A stretch of DNA of 64,000 nt from Methanofastidiosum sp. GTDB lineage: Archaea > Methanobacteriota_B > Thermococci > Methanofastidiosales > Methanofastidiosaceae. Location: the NCBI GenBank assembly GCA_020854815.1, contig JAHKLW010000029.1:21821-85820 (forward strand), written 5' to 3'. The notes beneath the pieces were generated by a model, which saw only the letters and a program-made list of their open reading frames with translations, was not told the DNA's origin and did no database searches. Below, piece after piece: positions 8,444-17,149 of the stretch; positions within the stretch are counted from its first letter, which is position 1, and every line of letters starts with the position of its first letter. The translations under genes and the position numbers were made by a program.

Positions 8444-10867
8444 TTATACCCTCATTAAGATGATGTCCCTGATATTCTGATCCTTTTTACCTTTGAACGC
8501 ATCAAAGACTTCTCGCCTCTCCCTTCCTTTTGAGTTTCGGTATACAACTAGCCAGTAAGGAAGGTATACCTCTTCAGTTTTCCAGATTTTGGCATTGCCA
8601 AGAGTTTCCATCCCATTTGAAATGTCATTTTTTGAGATAAGTGATTCAATTACTTTTCCAGATATTTCCTTACTCTTAATGGATATATCCAGTTTTTTAA
8701 GTTTTTTATCCTCAAATCCCTTGACCAATTTAAATTTAATCTTTGGCTTGACACTGATGTTTCCGCCGTCCTGTTTATACGCAAGGAGCCCTCTTGCCTC
8801 AAGACTCGAGATTAAGGAATGTGTTTTTCTGGGGGTGAAACCAATATCTTTTTTTATCTCAGAGATTGTTGGATTTTCTCTGTCAATAAGATAATCCAAA
8901 AACCATTTTTCGTCCTTTTTAAGTTTGTAAATTTCAGAAAATCCTACAGTTCTGGAAATCTTTCCTTCCCAGATGACAAGCTCACCTGTAATGCCGTCAA
9001 AAAAGCATGACATGCTCTTGTAACTGCCCTTCTTTGGCATATAATCAAAAAGCACCATGACAAGTGGATAGTAGATAGGCACTACTTCTTGTATCTCCTC
9101 TGATTTAAGGGCTATCTTTTTCCGATTTTTAACTGCAATCTCTTTCATTGTGACATAGTCAATTTCACTGGATACCACAGGTGCTATTTTTATGCCCTTA
9201 AATGCAGCTTCTCTGCCCGGATCGTATTCAGTTTCGTATTCATCGACGAATTCAATTTCTTCCGAGAGATCTTCTTCCTCATCGATCATTGGTATATCAA
9301 TTACAACGGGCTTTGGTTCAGGCTTCGGTTTTATTTCCTCTTTAACATCAAATTCACCGTCAAGTCTTAGCTCTTCTATGATCTCCTCAAATGAGAACTT
9401 GAACTTGTATTCTTGATTTACTATCTTCACCACTTCCTCCATTTCGGCAAGCGGTCTCTTCTGCCTATACTTCTCAAGGATAAGATTCTTAATATTTGTC
9501 TTCATTAGCTCTGGATCGATATCAAGCATGGGCTGCCTTTCCCTTCCCTCATGCTGACTTATCCTTGGCCTTACTGAGAGCAAAAAAGCCCTGGATGTCG
9601 ACTCTTCCTTGTCTCCAATTATTGCACTCCCTATGGGTAGAGACCTTATGAATCTAAAATCAGAAAGTTTATTTGGGATTTCAGAGGGCATCCTCTGTAG
9701 GACTGCCTTGATATCGTCTTGGTAAACTAGTTTATGGCAGATGAGAAGGTCTACCTGGGACAATATTCTCGAATCGATTGCCGATGGCTGCTGTGTGGCA
9801 AGAACTATGGAGCATCCTGGCTGCCTTCCCTGTCTGACATACTCTATCAAGCTATCTGTTGCTGCTGTGGCCTTTCCTCCTCTCGGCACAAGTATGTGGG
9901 CCTCATCTATCATAAGCCACGTTACGGGCACGTTTCCAATGATATTAATGTCTCCCATAGCTTCCTGTCTTGCGATAACTTTTCTACTGTTCAAGATGTT
10001 CCTTGAAAGGAGCCCCACCACAAGTGCTCGGACATTGTCCTCTAGAAAGCTGACATCAATGACTGAAACTTGCCCCCTTTTTGACAGGTCATTTAGCTTT
10101 GTTCCATTCTTGTCAAATATCCCCCACTGGATAGCACCTGTAAGTCTTGCATTTAACGCCCTTCTTGTGTTCTCCTTGAATCCTCCGCCTCTTGAAGATA
10201 TGCTTTCATCGTTTTCGATAGTCTTTATCAAATCTTCAATGTCATATTCATCGCCAAGTCCGGCTACATGCTTTTCATCAATTGTTGTGTATCCAGACTT
10301 TGTTTTATCTATGACTCGCTCAATTAAGAGGCCCATAGTGTCAAATCGCTCAATATCAAAGGTAAGACACCAATCATCAACTCGGAGTTCTGAAGGTTTG
10401 ATTTTAAAGACATCATCCCACGTCTCTTTTGGCGCCTTGTGGACGTAACCTACTGGAATAAAGACCTTAACATTCTTAATGCCTGTAGGCTTTAATCCCC
10501 AGCGCTCAAGCAGATCAGCCTCGCTTGCAGTTTTGTTTTTTTGCTTCATGCTCCAGAAGATCCCCATCGGATCGATAATCATTATACCAACGGCATCATT
10601 TTTCATGGCCATCTCTTCAACAATGACGCCAAGAGTATAGGACTTACCGCTTCCTCTCATCCCACAGATGAATATTGCATGCGGGCTAATGCTGTCAAGA
10701 AGGACTTTTTTGTTGAAATAGTTCTCCCACTGCCTAGTAGTTTCATTTACCTTTCCGACATAGAGTGCAGCTTTGCTTTTATATTTCTCAAATGTGCTTT
10801 TTTTCCTACCTACATATACCCCTTCTAAATCAGAAAGGAGTTCCAGGTTTTCCTCAATATCAATCAT
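8444..10867 (-). CDS. HerA/FtsK-superfamily (DUF87-like) P-loop ATPase with C-terminal winged-helix domain
   Basis: Walker A is 'GMRGSGKSYTLG' near the N-terminus and Walker B is 'WLMIDEAHILVP' (DEAH-type, as in HerA). An acidic linker is followed by a wHTH-like 'TISEIKKDIGFTPRKTHSLISSLEARGLL'. The likely start is the internal Met 'MIDIEEN' at 10867, because the track start at 10951 would overlap the divergent TGT gene. Confidence 0.65.
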   Translation of the reverse strand: MIDIEENLELLSDLEGVYVGRKKSTFEKYKSKAALYVGKVNETTRQWENYFNKKVLLDSISPHAIFICGMRGSGKSYTLGVIVEEMAMKNDAVGIMIIDPMGIFWSMKQKNKTASEADLLERWGLKPTGIKNVKVFIPVGYVHKAPKETWDDVFKIKPSELRVDDWCLTFDIERFDTMGLLIERVIDKTKSGYTTIDEKHVAGLGDEYDIEDLIKTIENDESISSRGGGFKENTRRALNARLTGAIQWGIFDKNGTKLNDLSKRGQVSVIDVSFLEDNVRALVVGLLSRNILNSRKVIARQEAMGDINIIGNVPVTWLMIDEAHILVPRGGKATAATDSLIEYVRQGRQPGCSIVLATQQPSAIDSRILSQVDLLICHKLVYQDDIKAVLQRMPSEIPNKLSDFRFIRSLPIGSAIIGDKEESTSRAFLLSVRPRISQHEGRERQPMLDIDPELMKTNIKNLILEKYRQKRPLAEMEEVVKIVNQEYKFKFSFEEIIEELRLDGEFDVKEEIKPKPEPKPVVIDIPMIDEEEDLSEEIEFVDEYETEYDPGREAAFKGIKIAPVVSSEIDYVTMKEIAVKNRKKIALKSEEIQEVVPIYYPLVMVLFDYMPKKGSYKSMSCFFDGITGELVIWEGKISRTVGFSEIYKLKKDEKWFLDYLIDRENPTISEIKKDIGFTPRKTHSLISSLEARGLLAYKQDGGNISVKPKIKFKLVKGFEDKKLKKLDISIKSKEISGKVIESLISKNDISNGMETLGNAKIWKTEEVYLPYWLVVYRNSKGRERREVFDAFKGKKDQNIRDIILMRV

Positions 10868-10918
10868 GTTCACTAAAAAGATATAAAAAGTCCTATAATT
10901 AAAACCTTTTCGGATTAA
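10868..10918. promoter_or_regulatory. divergent intergenic promoter region with two TATA-like boxes ('tttttatat' / 'tcctataattaaaa')
   Basis: 51-bp AT-rich spacer between the divergent ATPase and TGT-like genes. TATA-like elements lie about 20-30 nt from each start codon, which suggests leaderless transcripts. Confidence 0.3.
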
Positions 10919-11956
10919 ATGGAAGCAATTTCTAGGATTAAGACAGCTCATGGAGACATCAAAACACCTGCGCTCCTCCCTGTCTGCGCACTTACCTATG
11001 GCGTCTGGGACGTTTTTATTGAAGAGAGAGTCATTCCCCCCTGGAAACTTTCTGAGGCCACACTTTTCTCTTTAGAGTATGTGAGAAACACAAAATATGA
11101 GGAAAAGGTCGTAAACGGGTTTCACAGGCTGTTTAAAGAAAAAAAGCCGATATTTGTTGATTCGGGCGGATTTCAATCAATGAAGAAAGGAATTGAGAGG
11201 GATCCTATTGATGTGCTTAGATTTCAGGAAAAGCTCAAAGCAGATGTTGCTGCAACATTTGATTATCCTGTGCCACTGAATGTTGAAAGGGCAGAGTATA
11301 TGCAGATGCTTCAGAAGAGTATTGACAGTGCGAATCTAACCCTTCAAAATAAAGAGAGAGAAGAGATGCTCCTATATTCATGTGTGCACGGATTTTCTAA
11401 AGAAGAGGTCGACTGGTACTTTTCAAAGCTTCGTGGTGGTTTTGACGGCTATGCGATGGGATCACTTGTCCCAAGAAAAAATGACTATAAGACCCTTATT
11501 GAGATTATCCATAGGGCCAAAATGCACGCTCATGAGCGAGAAAAGCCTCTCCATATTTTTGGGGTCACTGGGTTTCCAATGTTATATGCCTTGAGTTATA
11601 TGGGTGTTGAGACCATGGATTCGTGGACATACCTTGTTGCATCAATTTACAAGGAATACATACATCCAGAAACTTTAAAGAGAGTCAGGATGAGAAAAAC
11701 TGGGAGTATCCCTGAATGCGATTGCTTTATCTGCAAGGAGCTTGGGATGGAAGATTTTTTGGGAGCTACAAGTGTTCCCCAGGCTTATCTTGCAATTCAT
11801 AATTTGAATATCTTCATGCGTGAGATGAAACTGATAAAAGAGCACATGGATGAGAACAGCTTTGAAGAGCTAGTTCAACGTAAAAGTAAACAAAACATTC
11901 GAATAAAAAAAGTTTATGATTATGCTAAAGAACATATGAAAAACAATGTCTTATAG
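10919..11956 (+). CDS. tRNA-guanine transglycosylase family protein, archaeosine-TGT-like catalytic domain only (no C1/C2/PUA domains); DpdA-like candidate
   Basis: 345 aa. Has the substrate-Asp motif 'FVDSGGFQ', a catalytic-Asp region 'HIFGVTGFPMLYALSYMGVETMDSWTY' and Zn site 'CDCFICK...AIHNLN' (CxCxxC...H). Sequence strings resemble the catalytic domain of archaeal ArcTGT (for example 'IKTPALLPV'). Confidence 0.75.
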   Translation: MEAISRIKTAHGDIKTPALLPVCALTYGVWDVFIEERVIPPWKLSEATLFSLEYVRNTKYEEKVVNGFHRLFKEKKPIFVDSGGFQSMKKGIERDPIDVLRFQEKLKADVAATFDYPVPLNVERAEYMQMLQKSIDSANLTLQNKEREEMLLYSCVHGFSKEEVDWYFSKLRGGFDGYAMGSLVPRKNDYKTLIEIIHRAKMHAHEREKPLHIFGVTGFPMLYALSYMGVETMDSWTYLVASIYKEYIHPETLKRVRMRKTGSIPECDCFICKELGMEDFLGATSVPQAYLAIHNLNIFMREMKLIKEHMDENSFEELVQRKSKQNIRIKKVYDYAKEHMKNNVL

Positions 11957-11961
11957 CATAG

Positions 11962-12123
11962 CATAAAATATCTAGAAACAGGTTAGGAATACCTGACGTG
12001 ATAAAAGATAAACTATTTGACGAAGGGGTTAGCTACGCTAAAAATAAAGTGTTGGGCCTAGGTCTTTACATTATTAAAACGACAATTGAGAGATATTGGG
12101 GGCAAAACCACATTTTAGAATAA
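11962..12123 (+). pseudogene. C-terminal remnant of a histidine kinase (HATPase_c G2 box) without start codon
   Basis: A 53-codon open frame starts right after a stop codon. It reads 'KDKLFDEGVSYAKNKVLGLGLYIIKTTIERYWGQN', matching the HK consensus '...RIFE.F......GTGLGLSIVKRIVEAHGG'. There is no start codon or N-terminal portion. Confidence 0.35.
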
Positions 12124-12148
12124 TGCCCCCAAAGGCTCTATTTTTTTG
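12096..12148 (+). terminator. hairpin (9-bp perfect stem 'TTGGGGGCA'/'TGCCCCCAA', 19-nt loop) followed by T7 run
   Basis: The inverted repeat at 12096-12104 / 12124-12132 is followed by 'ggctctatttttttg' and lies downstream of the TGT-like gene. Archaeal terminators are usually oligo-T tracts. Confidence 0.4.
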
Positions 12149-12363
12149 AAATTGAAAAGTTTTTAAAAAATAGTTAGTTCTATATTTATTAACTACTAAA
12201 ATTTAATTAAACCTATACTTATTCTTTTATTGCATAGTTTTACTCAATATAAAATTTATCAAAATAATAGAAAGAAAAATAAATATGTTTATCCTATAAT
12301 TAATGGTAAATTATTAGATAATTTGCCCCAAAGAGGGAATAATGAGAAAGATAAATAAAAGAT

Positions 12364-12651
12364 TTAAGATTTGTGGATCTCGTATTTTATTATATCCTCA
12401 ATCTGAGTTTTTATGGAGTCAATAATTTTCTTTCTTAAGAATAGGCAGTCTGTAGATATCTCTTTTCTAATTTTTGGAAGTATTTCGTCGTTACATTCGT
12501 CTTTATACTGTTCTATCTTGAGAGAGATATAATTCAATTCTTTTTTTAGAGCTGAAACATCAACCCCTTGATCCTCTAGCTTCTTTATTGATAAATTAAA
12601 TTGAGAAAGGGTCTCCAATATCTCATTTAATCCTGAATTTTTTATTTCCAT
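12364..12651 (-). CDS. hypothetical coiled-coil protein
   Basis: 95-aa ORF with heptad-like charged/hydrophobic pattern. No recognisable domain. Confidence 0.35.
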   Translation of the reverse strand: MEIKNSGLNEILETLSQFNLSIKKLEDQGVDVSALKKELNYISLKIEQYKDECNDEILPKIRKEISTDCLFLRKKIIDSIKTQIEDIIKYEIHKS

Positions 12652-12835
12652 ACCTAATCATGCCTTAATACATTAAGTGGTCCGATCTTGGATATATTGC
12701 ACACAGGTATAATTCTATATAGAGATTATGTAATATAATAACACTACAAAGTAATGAAACAATGTTACATTAAAAGCTTATTGATGGTTAAAAATAAAAA
12801 AATGTAAAAAAGAAAACTATTATTTAAGTGAATGA

Positions 12836-13021
12836 TTACTTCTGTTCAATTTCGACGACTTCAGCTATTGGGGCATTCTTTTTGACACTTTCAATGCCGT
12901 TAAGACATGCTCTCTTTGTGGTGTAACCTTCGCCTGTTGCAATTATTTCCCCATTTCCAGCTTTTAATCTAAATCGAAATTGTTTTTTTGCGTCCGTATA
13001 TACCTCAAATTTTGCTGCCAT
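12836..13021 (-). CDS. DUF1508 (YegP-like) domain protein
   Basis: 61 aa, 'KFEVYTDAKKQFRFRLKAGNGEIIATGEGYTTKRACLNGIESVKKNA'. Matches the DUF1508 single-domain pattern. Confidence 0.65.
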   Translation of the reverse strand: MAAKFEVYTDAKKQFRFRLKAGNGEIIATGEGYTTKRACLNGIESVKKNAPIAEVVEIEQK

Positions 13022-13099
13022 GCTATCACCTACTATATAGTCTTCTTACTATTTAACGTTATTGATTTTTAAAATTAAAAAATTGGATTTCATTTAGAT

Positions 13100-13913
13100 T
13101 TAATTTGAGTTCATTTTTAAAATGAAATGAAAAAGAAAAGATTGTTTCCAGAGCCATCCTATTATGCCCTTGTTATTTAATTCTTCATCTGCTAATAGCT
13201 TAAGCCTTGACTGTTCCTGTTCTATGTTTTGAACTTGTTCCTGAAGGATAGCTTTTGTTTGAGTGTCAAAATCACTTTCTTCTATGAGTCTGTTTAGTTC
13301 CCTGATTCTGTTTTCATTTATTACAATCTCCTGCACTATGAGTCCCGCTGCTTCGTTGTCCCCGCCTGCAAAGAATTTGACAAATCCGCTTCTGCTTTGT
13401 ATCCTTTCTTCTGCCCTAGTTGTTATCTCAAAGGAATTTTTGATTTCATTTGATACCTTTGATATGTTTGCTTCTGATTTGCCAAACATAGGGGCTGTTG
13501 ATTCGATTGCCTGGACTGCAACTTGGGCCATCTTTTGGTTCTGTGGTAAGTTTGGCATTGTGGAGTTTACTTCTTGATTTATTTGTTGGATAACTGATCT
13601 GAACTGTTGTTCAGTGTTTGGCGCAATTTGATTTTGATTCTGAATATTCCGGGGGTTACTGCGACATTGCCTTCATTCTGAATAATTTGAGTTTGTTGCT
13701 GAACTTGGATATTGGATGTATTTCCTTTATTTGAAATTTGCTCTTGAACATTCAATTGATTAGCATTCTGAGTCGGAGTTACATTATTATTTGAATTTGA
13801 AAGATTTTTAGGGGATGTGTTTGTTTCTTTGTTTGACTCTTGATTATGTGGTGCTGCGGCATATGCTGAAGTGAAAAGAAATAAAATAATTAAAAGAATA
13901 AAGAGTTTTTCAT
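13100..13913 (-). pseudogene. secreted Q/N-rich coiled-coil protein gene interrupted by two homopolymer frameshifts (A5 at 13906-13910, C5/G5 at 13651-13655)
   Basis: The ATG at 13913 gives 'MKNSLFF*'. Adding one A would give 'MKKLFILLIILFLFTSAYAAAPHNQ...', a canonical signal peptide. The frame then runs about 85 codons ('...IIQNEGNVAVTPG'). After a 1-nt shift at the C5 run it continues in the frame of ORF 13100..13558 ('RNIQNQNQIAPNTEQQ...MPNLPQNQ'). Confidence 0.45.
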
Positions 13914-13928
13914 TTAGTCACCCTTTAT

Positions 13929-14741
13929 TTATTTTTTACCTCCGCCACCGCCATTGCCGCCACTGTTTCCATTGCCATTTCCACCTGCATTGCCTGAGTT
14001 TCCTTTTGAGTTGCCCTTGTCTTCATTGTTTTTGTTAGAGTTGTTGTTTTTCGCCTCATCTTTCTTGTCTTGGATCATCTGTTTGATTCTCTCTCTTTCC
14101 TCTAGTTTTTCCTGGAGCTTTAGTTCATTCTGTTCCTTTAGCTGTGTCCTTGTGGCATCTTTTTCTAAGTATCTTTCAGAAGCATTGAGTCTTGCTTCAA
14201 GTGAAGTTAATAGACCAAATGCTCTGCCTGTTTTTCCTTCTTCAATGGCTAAAGAGATTTTGTCAAGTGTTGAAGAAAACTGGCTTAAGTGAGAGTAAAC
14301 AGATTGAGGTAGATTAAAGCTGTCTATATAATAAGAGTTGCCGTCAATATCGGTAAAGTAATATCCATCTTCCTTTTCTTCAAAGTAGAATTCGAATTCG
14401 CCAAGTGTGTATACGCCTTCTTCTGGAGCTTCTTCAGTTGTTGATTCTTCGCCAGTTTCTTCTCCTAAAGGCTCTTCGGGCGTTGTTTCTTCCTCAGTTT
14501 CAGGTGCGACCCCATAGAGAACAAATATTTCTTCTATGATCTCGTAAAATGCATTTGACTTTTCTGTGAACTTCTCATCAATTACCGATGTTTCAGAAGT
14601 AACTTCTTCGATTTCTACTGCCTCTTCAAAGGCAACGTTAGCTATATCTTCAATAGTGCTTTCGGCCATTGCAGGAGCTATAACGCTTAATAGGAGTCCA
14701 ATGCCTATTAATAATGCCATATGCCTATGTGTGTTTTTCAT
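13929..14741 (-). CDS. secreted acidic protein with Gly/Asn-rich C-terminal tail
   Basis: 270 aa with signal peptide 'MKNTHRHMALLIGIGLLLSVIAPAMA'. Has an E-rich middle, a coiled-coil segment and a 'GNSGNAGGNGNGNSGGNGGGGGKK' C-terminus. Confidence 0.6.
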   Translation of the reverse strand: MKNTHRHMALLIGIGLLLSVIAPAMAESTIEDIANVAFEEAVEIEEVTSETSVIDEKFTEKSNAFYEIIEEIFVLYGVAPETEEETTPEEPLGEETGEESTTEEAPEEGVYTLGEFEFYFEEKEDGYYFTDIDGNSYYIDSFNLPQSVYSHLSQFSSTLDKISLAIEEGKTGRAFGLLTSLEARLNASERYLEKDATRTQLKEQNELKLQEKLEERERIKQMIQDKKDEAKNNNSNKNNEDKGNSKGNSGNAGGNGNGNSGGNGGGGGKK

Positions 14742-14910
14742 ACGAAAAATAATGTTTCTTTAACCTATTTAAAGCTTTCTGTGCCTTTATTTTAAATTTA
14801 GAGTTTAAAAATAGTTCATAATAGTTTTTAATCGTTCATTAAAGTTTATTTTGTTTTTTAATTGTTTATATTAGTTTATTTTAGTTTTTTAAGTTATAAT
14901 AAATCATATT

Positions 14911-15342
14911 TTAGAATATTAAAATTATAAGGGGCATAATACCTAAAAAAAAGTTGAAATAAAGAATATTTATTAAAGAGAATAAAAAAGATTTATTTTT
15001 CTTACCGAAACCGAGTATCTTCATGAATGAAAACATTGGAGTTGGCTTGTCTATTGCAACTTTAATAAGCACAGAAGTATTTTTATTATAAAATTTTACC
15101 GTTCCAGATTTCTCAGCTTTCCAAGTCATGACTAATTTTTGGCCATCCCACTTGTCATCCACATAAGATAGCACCCCATTTGGAGTTTCCAAAGCATCAT
15201 AGCTACCATTACTTGTGACAATGACATCTTCTCCAATAGCATAATATATCTTATTTGGATAAATATATGTTGCATCTGGTAATTCAGTTGCAGTTACAGA
15301 AGCTACTCCAATCATGCTCCCGAATAGTAACAATCCTATCAA
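14911..15342 (-). CDS. small secreted protein carrying the shared C-terminal 'P..MKILGFGKK' motif (followed here by a 25-aa hydrophobic extension)
   Basis: Signal peptide 'MIGLLLFGSMIGVASVTA'. The motif 'PTPMFSFMKILGFGKKNKS' matches the island-wide C-terminal consensus. The extra tail 'FLFSLINILYFNFFLGIMPLIILIF' follows a T5 homopolymer and may be an indel artefact. Confidence 0.55.
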   Translation of the reverse strand: MIGLLLFGSMIGVASVTATELPDATYIYPNKIYYAIGEDVIVTSNGSYDALETPNGVLSYVDDKWDGQKLVMTWKAEKSGTVKFYNKNTSVLIKVAIDKPTPMFSFMKILGFGKKNKSFLFSLINILYFNFFLGIMPLIILIF

Positions 15343-15457
15343 AATTGTGAATATTTTTTTTCATAATTATCACTTTTAATTAACTTGATTTATATCTATG
15401 TGTTTTTAAATATTTGGTATCAATTTAGAAAAGATAGAAAGAAGAAAAAAAATTAAT

Positions 15458-16621
15458 TTATGGAACAACAATCTCAACGACAATCCTGTCAAATGTTCCG
15501 TTCAGTGAAAATGCCGTCATGACAACTGGATATCTACCTGAAGAAACGTTTGGCCCTACTGTGAAAGTTGCATCATAAGACCCTATGTTATGTGCTTTGA
15601 TCTTCTGTAAGCCTGGTTCGATGCCGACAATTATGCCCTCCGGTAATCCGTCAAATCTTACCCTTACATCATTCTGTGTAAAGAACCCTCTGTTTTCAAT
15701 CTGGATCTTCGTCTGTTGAGTTCCGGGCGATATGTTGAAGCTTGATATAGTCTTTCCGTCTTGAATAATTGTATCTCCGCCAACTATCTGGAAGTTCTCT
15801 ATGTCGACGTTTGGATAAAGTATCGCTGCAGGGATAGATTTTTGTCTGCACTCATAGCAACATTGCCTTTCTAAAGTTATCCCAAATTCATTTGGATCAA
15901 AACCCTCATCTGCAGTTATAGTTATGCTTGACGGTATTCCTTTTATAGAATTCATGTATTGTCCGTTTTCTTGGTCGTAGAAGTATATCTCAATATATTT
16001 TCCAAATAATATACCATTAGCTTGAAATGGAACTCCGTTGACATATATTGTTCCTGAACCGGAATAATATACTTTAAGGGAATACTGTTCATGCACAATT
16101 TGGCAATTATAATTGTTTGGGAGTGTGCAATCAAAAGAAATCTTAGGGGTACAATCACCCTCTGCAGGACAATTCCTTACGTCTATGCATCCTACAGGCC
16201 CAGAAAAGATTATTGGTGCAAGGCCATTTGTGCTGCACCTTGGAACGGGAATTGATTGTCCGAGAGTTATCGGTTTAGGTGAAGCTATCATGCATTCTTC
16301 TTGGCAAATATCTTCAGAATTTGATACTATGTGGAGTGAGTTTTCAAGCACACGACATTGAGTGAGGCAGTCTTGGTATCCATTATTCTCATCTCGACAG
16401 TAAGCCTGACAACCCTGTTGTTGTATAAATTGTAATTCTTGGGAGCAATCGGAATAACATTCTTCATCAAAATAGGGTTCATAAATAACATATTCCCATT
16501 TACATCCTTCTAGATGATCGTTATATATCTCTACTATAGACTCTTCTAAGCATCCAGAAAATAATGAAATTAATATAAGGCCAGATAATATCAATACTAT
16601 TTGCTTTTTCATAATGATCAC
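15458..16621 (-). CDS. secreted cysteine-rich protein (no C-terminal KIL motif)
   Basis: 387 aa with N-terminal signal peptide/lipobox-like 'LISLFSGC' and more than 30 Cys. The likely start is 'MKKQIV' at 16612. Confidence 0.55.
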   Translation of the reverse strand: MIIMKKQIVLILSGLILISLFSGCLEESIVEIYNDHLEGCKWEYVIYEPYFDEECYSDCSQELQFIQQQGCQAYCRDENNGYQDCLTQCRVLENSLHIVSNSEDICQEECMIASPKPITLGQSIPVPRCSTNGLAPIIFSGPVGCIDVRNCPAEGDCTPKISFDCTLPNNYNCQIVHEQYSLKVYYSGSGTIYVNGVPFQANGILFGKYIEIYFYDQENGQYMNSIKGIPSSITITADEGFDPNEFGITLERQCCYECRQKSIPAAILYPNVDIENFQIVGGDTIIQDGKTISSFNISPGTQQTKIQIENRGFFTQNDVRVRFDGLPEGIIVGIEPGLQKIKAHNIGSYDATFTVGPNVSSGRYPVVMTAFSLNGTFDRIVVEIVVP

Positions 16622-16727
16622 GGTTATTATTTGTTAATGTTTTTATTCGTTGATATATAAATATTTTGGTAATCATTGTTCGATAAAGATGAAATTTAAA
16701 TTTTAAATAAAAGAAATAAAAAATGAT

Positions 16728-17123
16728 TTATTTTTCCTTGCCAAGTCTTAAGATTTTCATAAACTGTTGCATTGGGTACTCTTTTGGAACTATTGTAACT
16801 GTAGTAGCGTTACCCTTTGTAACACAACACCCGAGCCCACAACAAAAATTTACTTTTCCGGGTTTTAACGCTCTGAAAGTATATTCCCCATTGACATTGC
16901 TTATAAGTTCTAGGTACCCCTCCCCCGATTCACAAAGTATAATTGGTGACTGTATTGTAAAAGTGTCACCTACTTCTACCCTTGTTATCGAAGGTTTGTT
17001 GCATGTAGTTGCCATAACTGATGCAATACTAGATAGAAGGAAAATAATGGAAATTAACAATGCAAATAATTTCTTCATTAAATCACGATTAAAATTAGGA
17101 TTAGTTAATATAAACATTTGCAT
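16728..17123 (-). CDS. small secreted protein with C-terminal 'PMQQFMKILRLGKEK' motif
   Basis: 131 aa with signal peptide 'MKKLFALLISIIFLLSSIASVMA'. The C-terminus matches the shared motif. Confidence 0.6.
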   Translation of the reverse strand: MQMFILTNPNFNRDLMKKLFALLISIIFLLSSIASVMATTCNKPSITRVEVGDTFTIQSPIILCESGEGYLELISNVNGEYTFRALKPGKVNFCCGLGCCVTKGNATTVTIVPKEYPMQQFMKILRLGKEK

Positions 17124-17149
17124 TTAATTTTTACAAAAGAATAAAAAAA

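Noticed and set aside
9741-10448. 235-aa plus-strand ORF, plus several other 60-135 aa ORFs on the strand opposite long genes (for example 1399..1920, 2150..2467, 10541..10828, 13954..14292, 19907..20314, 28208..28612, 28616..28981, 55292..55606, 61059..61406)
   Set aside because: They lie antisense inside well-supported genes with recognisable motifs. Their translations are low-complexity Ser/Leu/Pro-rich with no motifs. Such open antisense frames are expected in AT-rich DNA.
14742-14910. Imperfect 18-bp direct repeats 'agtttatttt(g/a)gtttttta' in the AT-rich spacer upstream of the acidic secreted-protein gene
   Set aside because: It may be promoter-associated, but the similarity is weak and such repeats arise easily by chance in a spacer that is over 85% AT.
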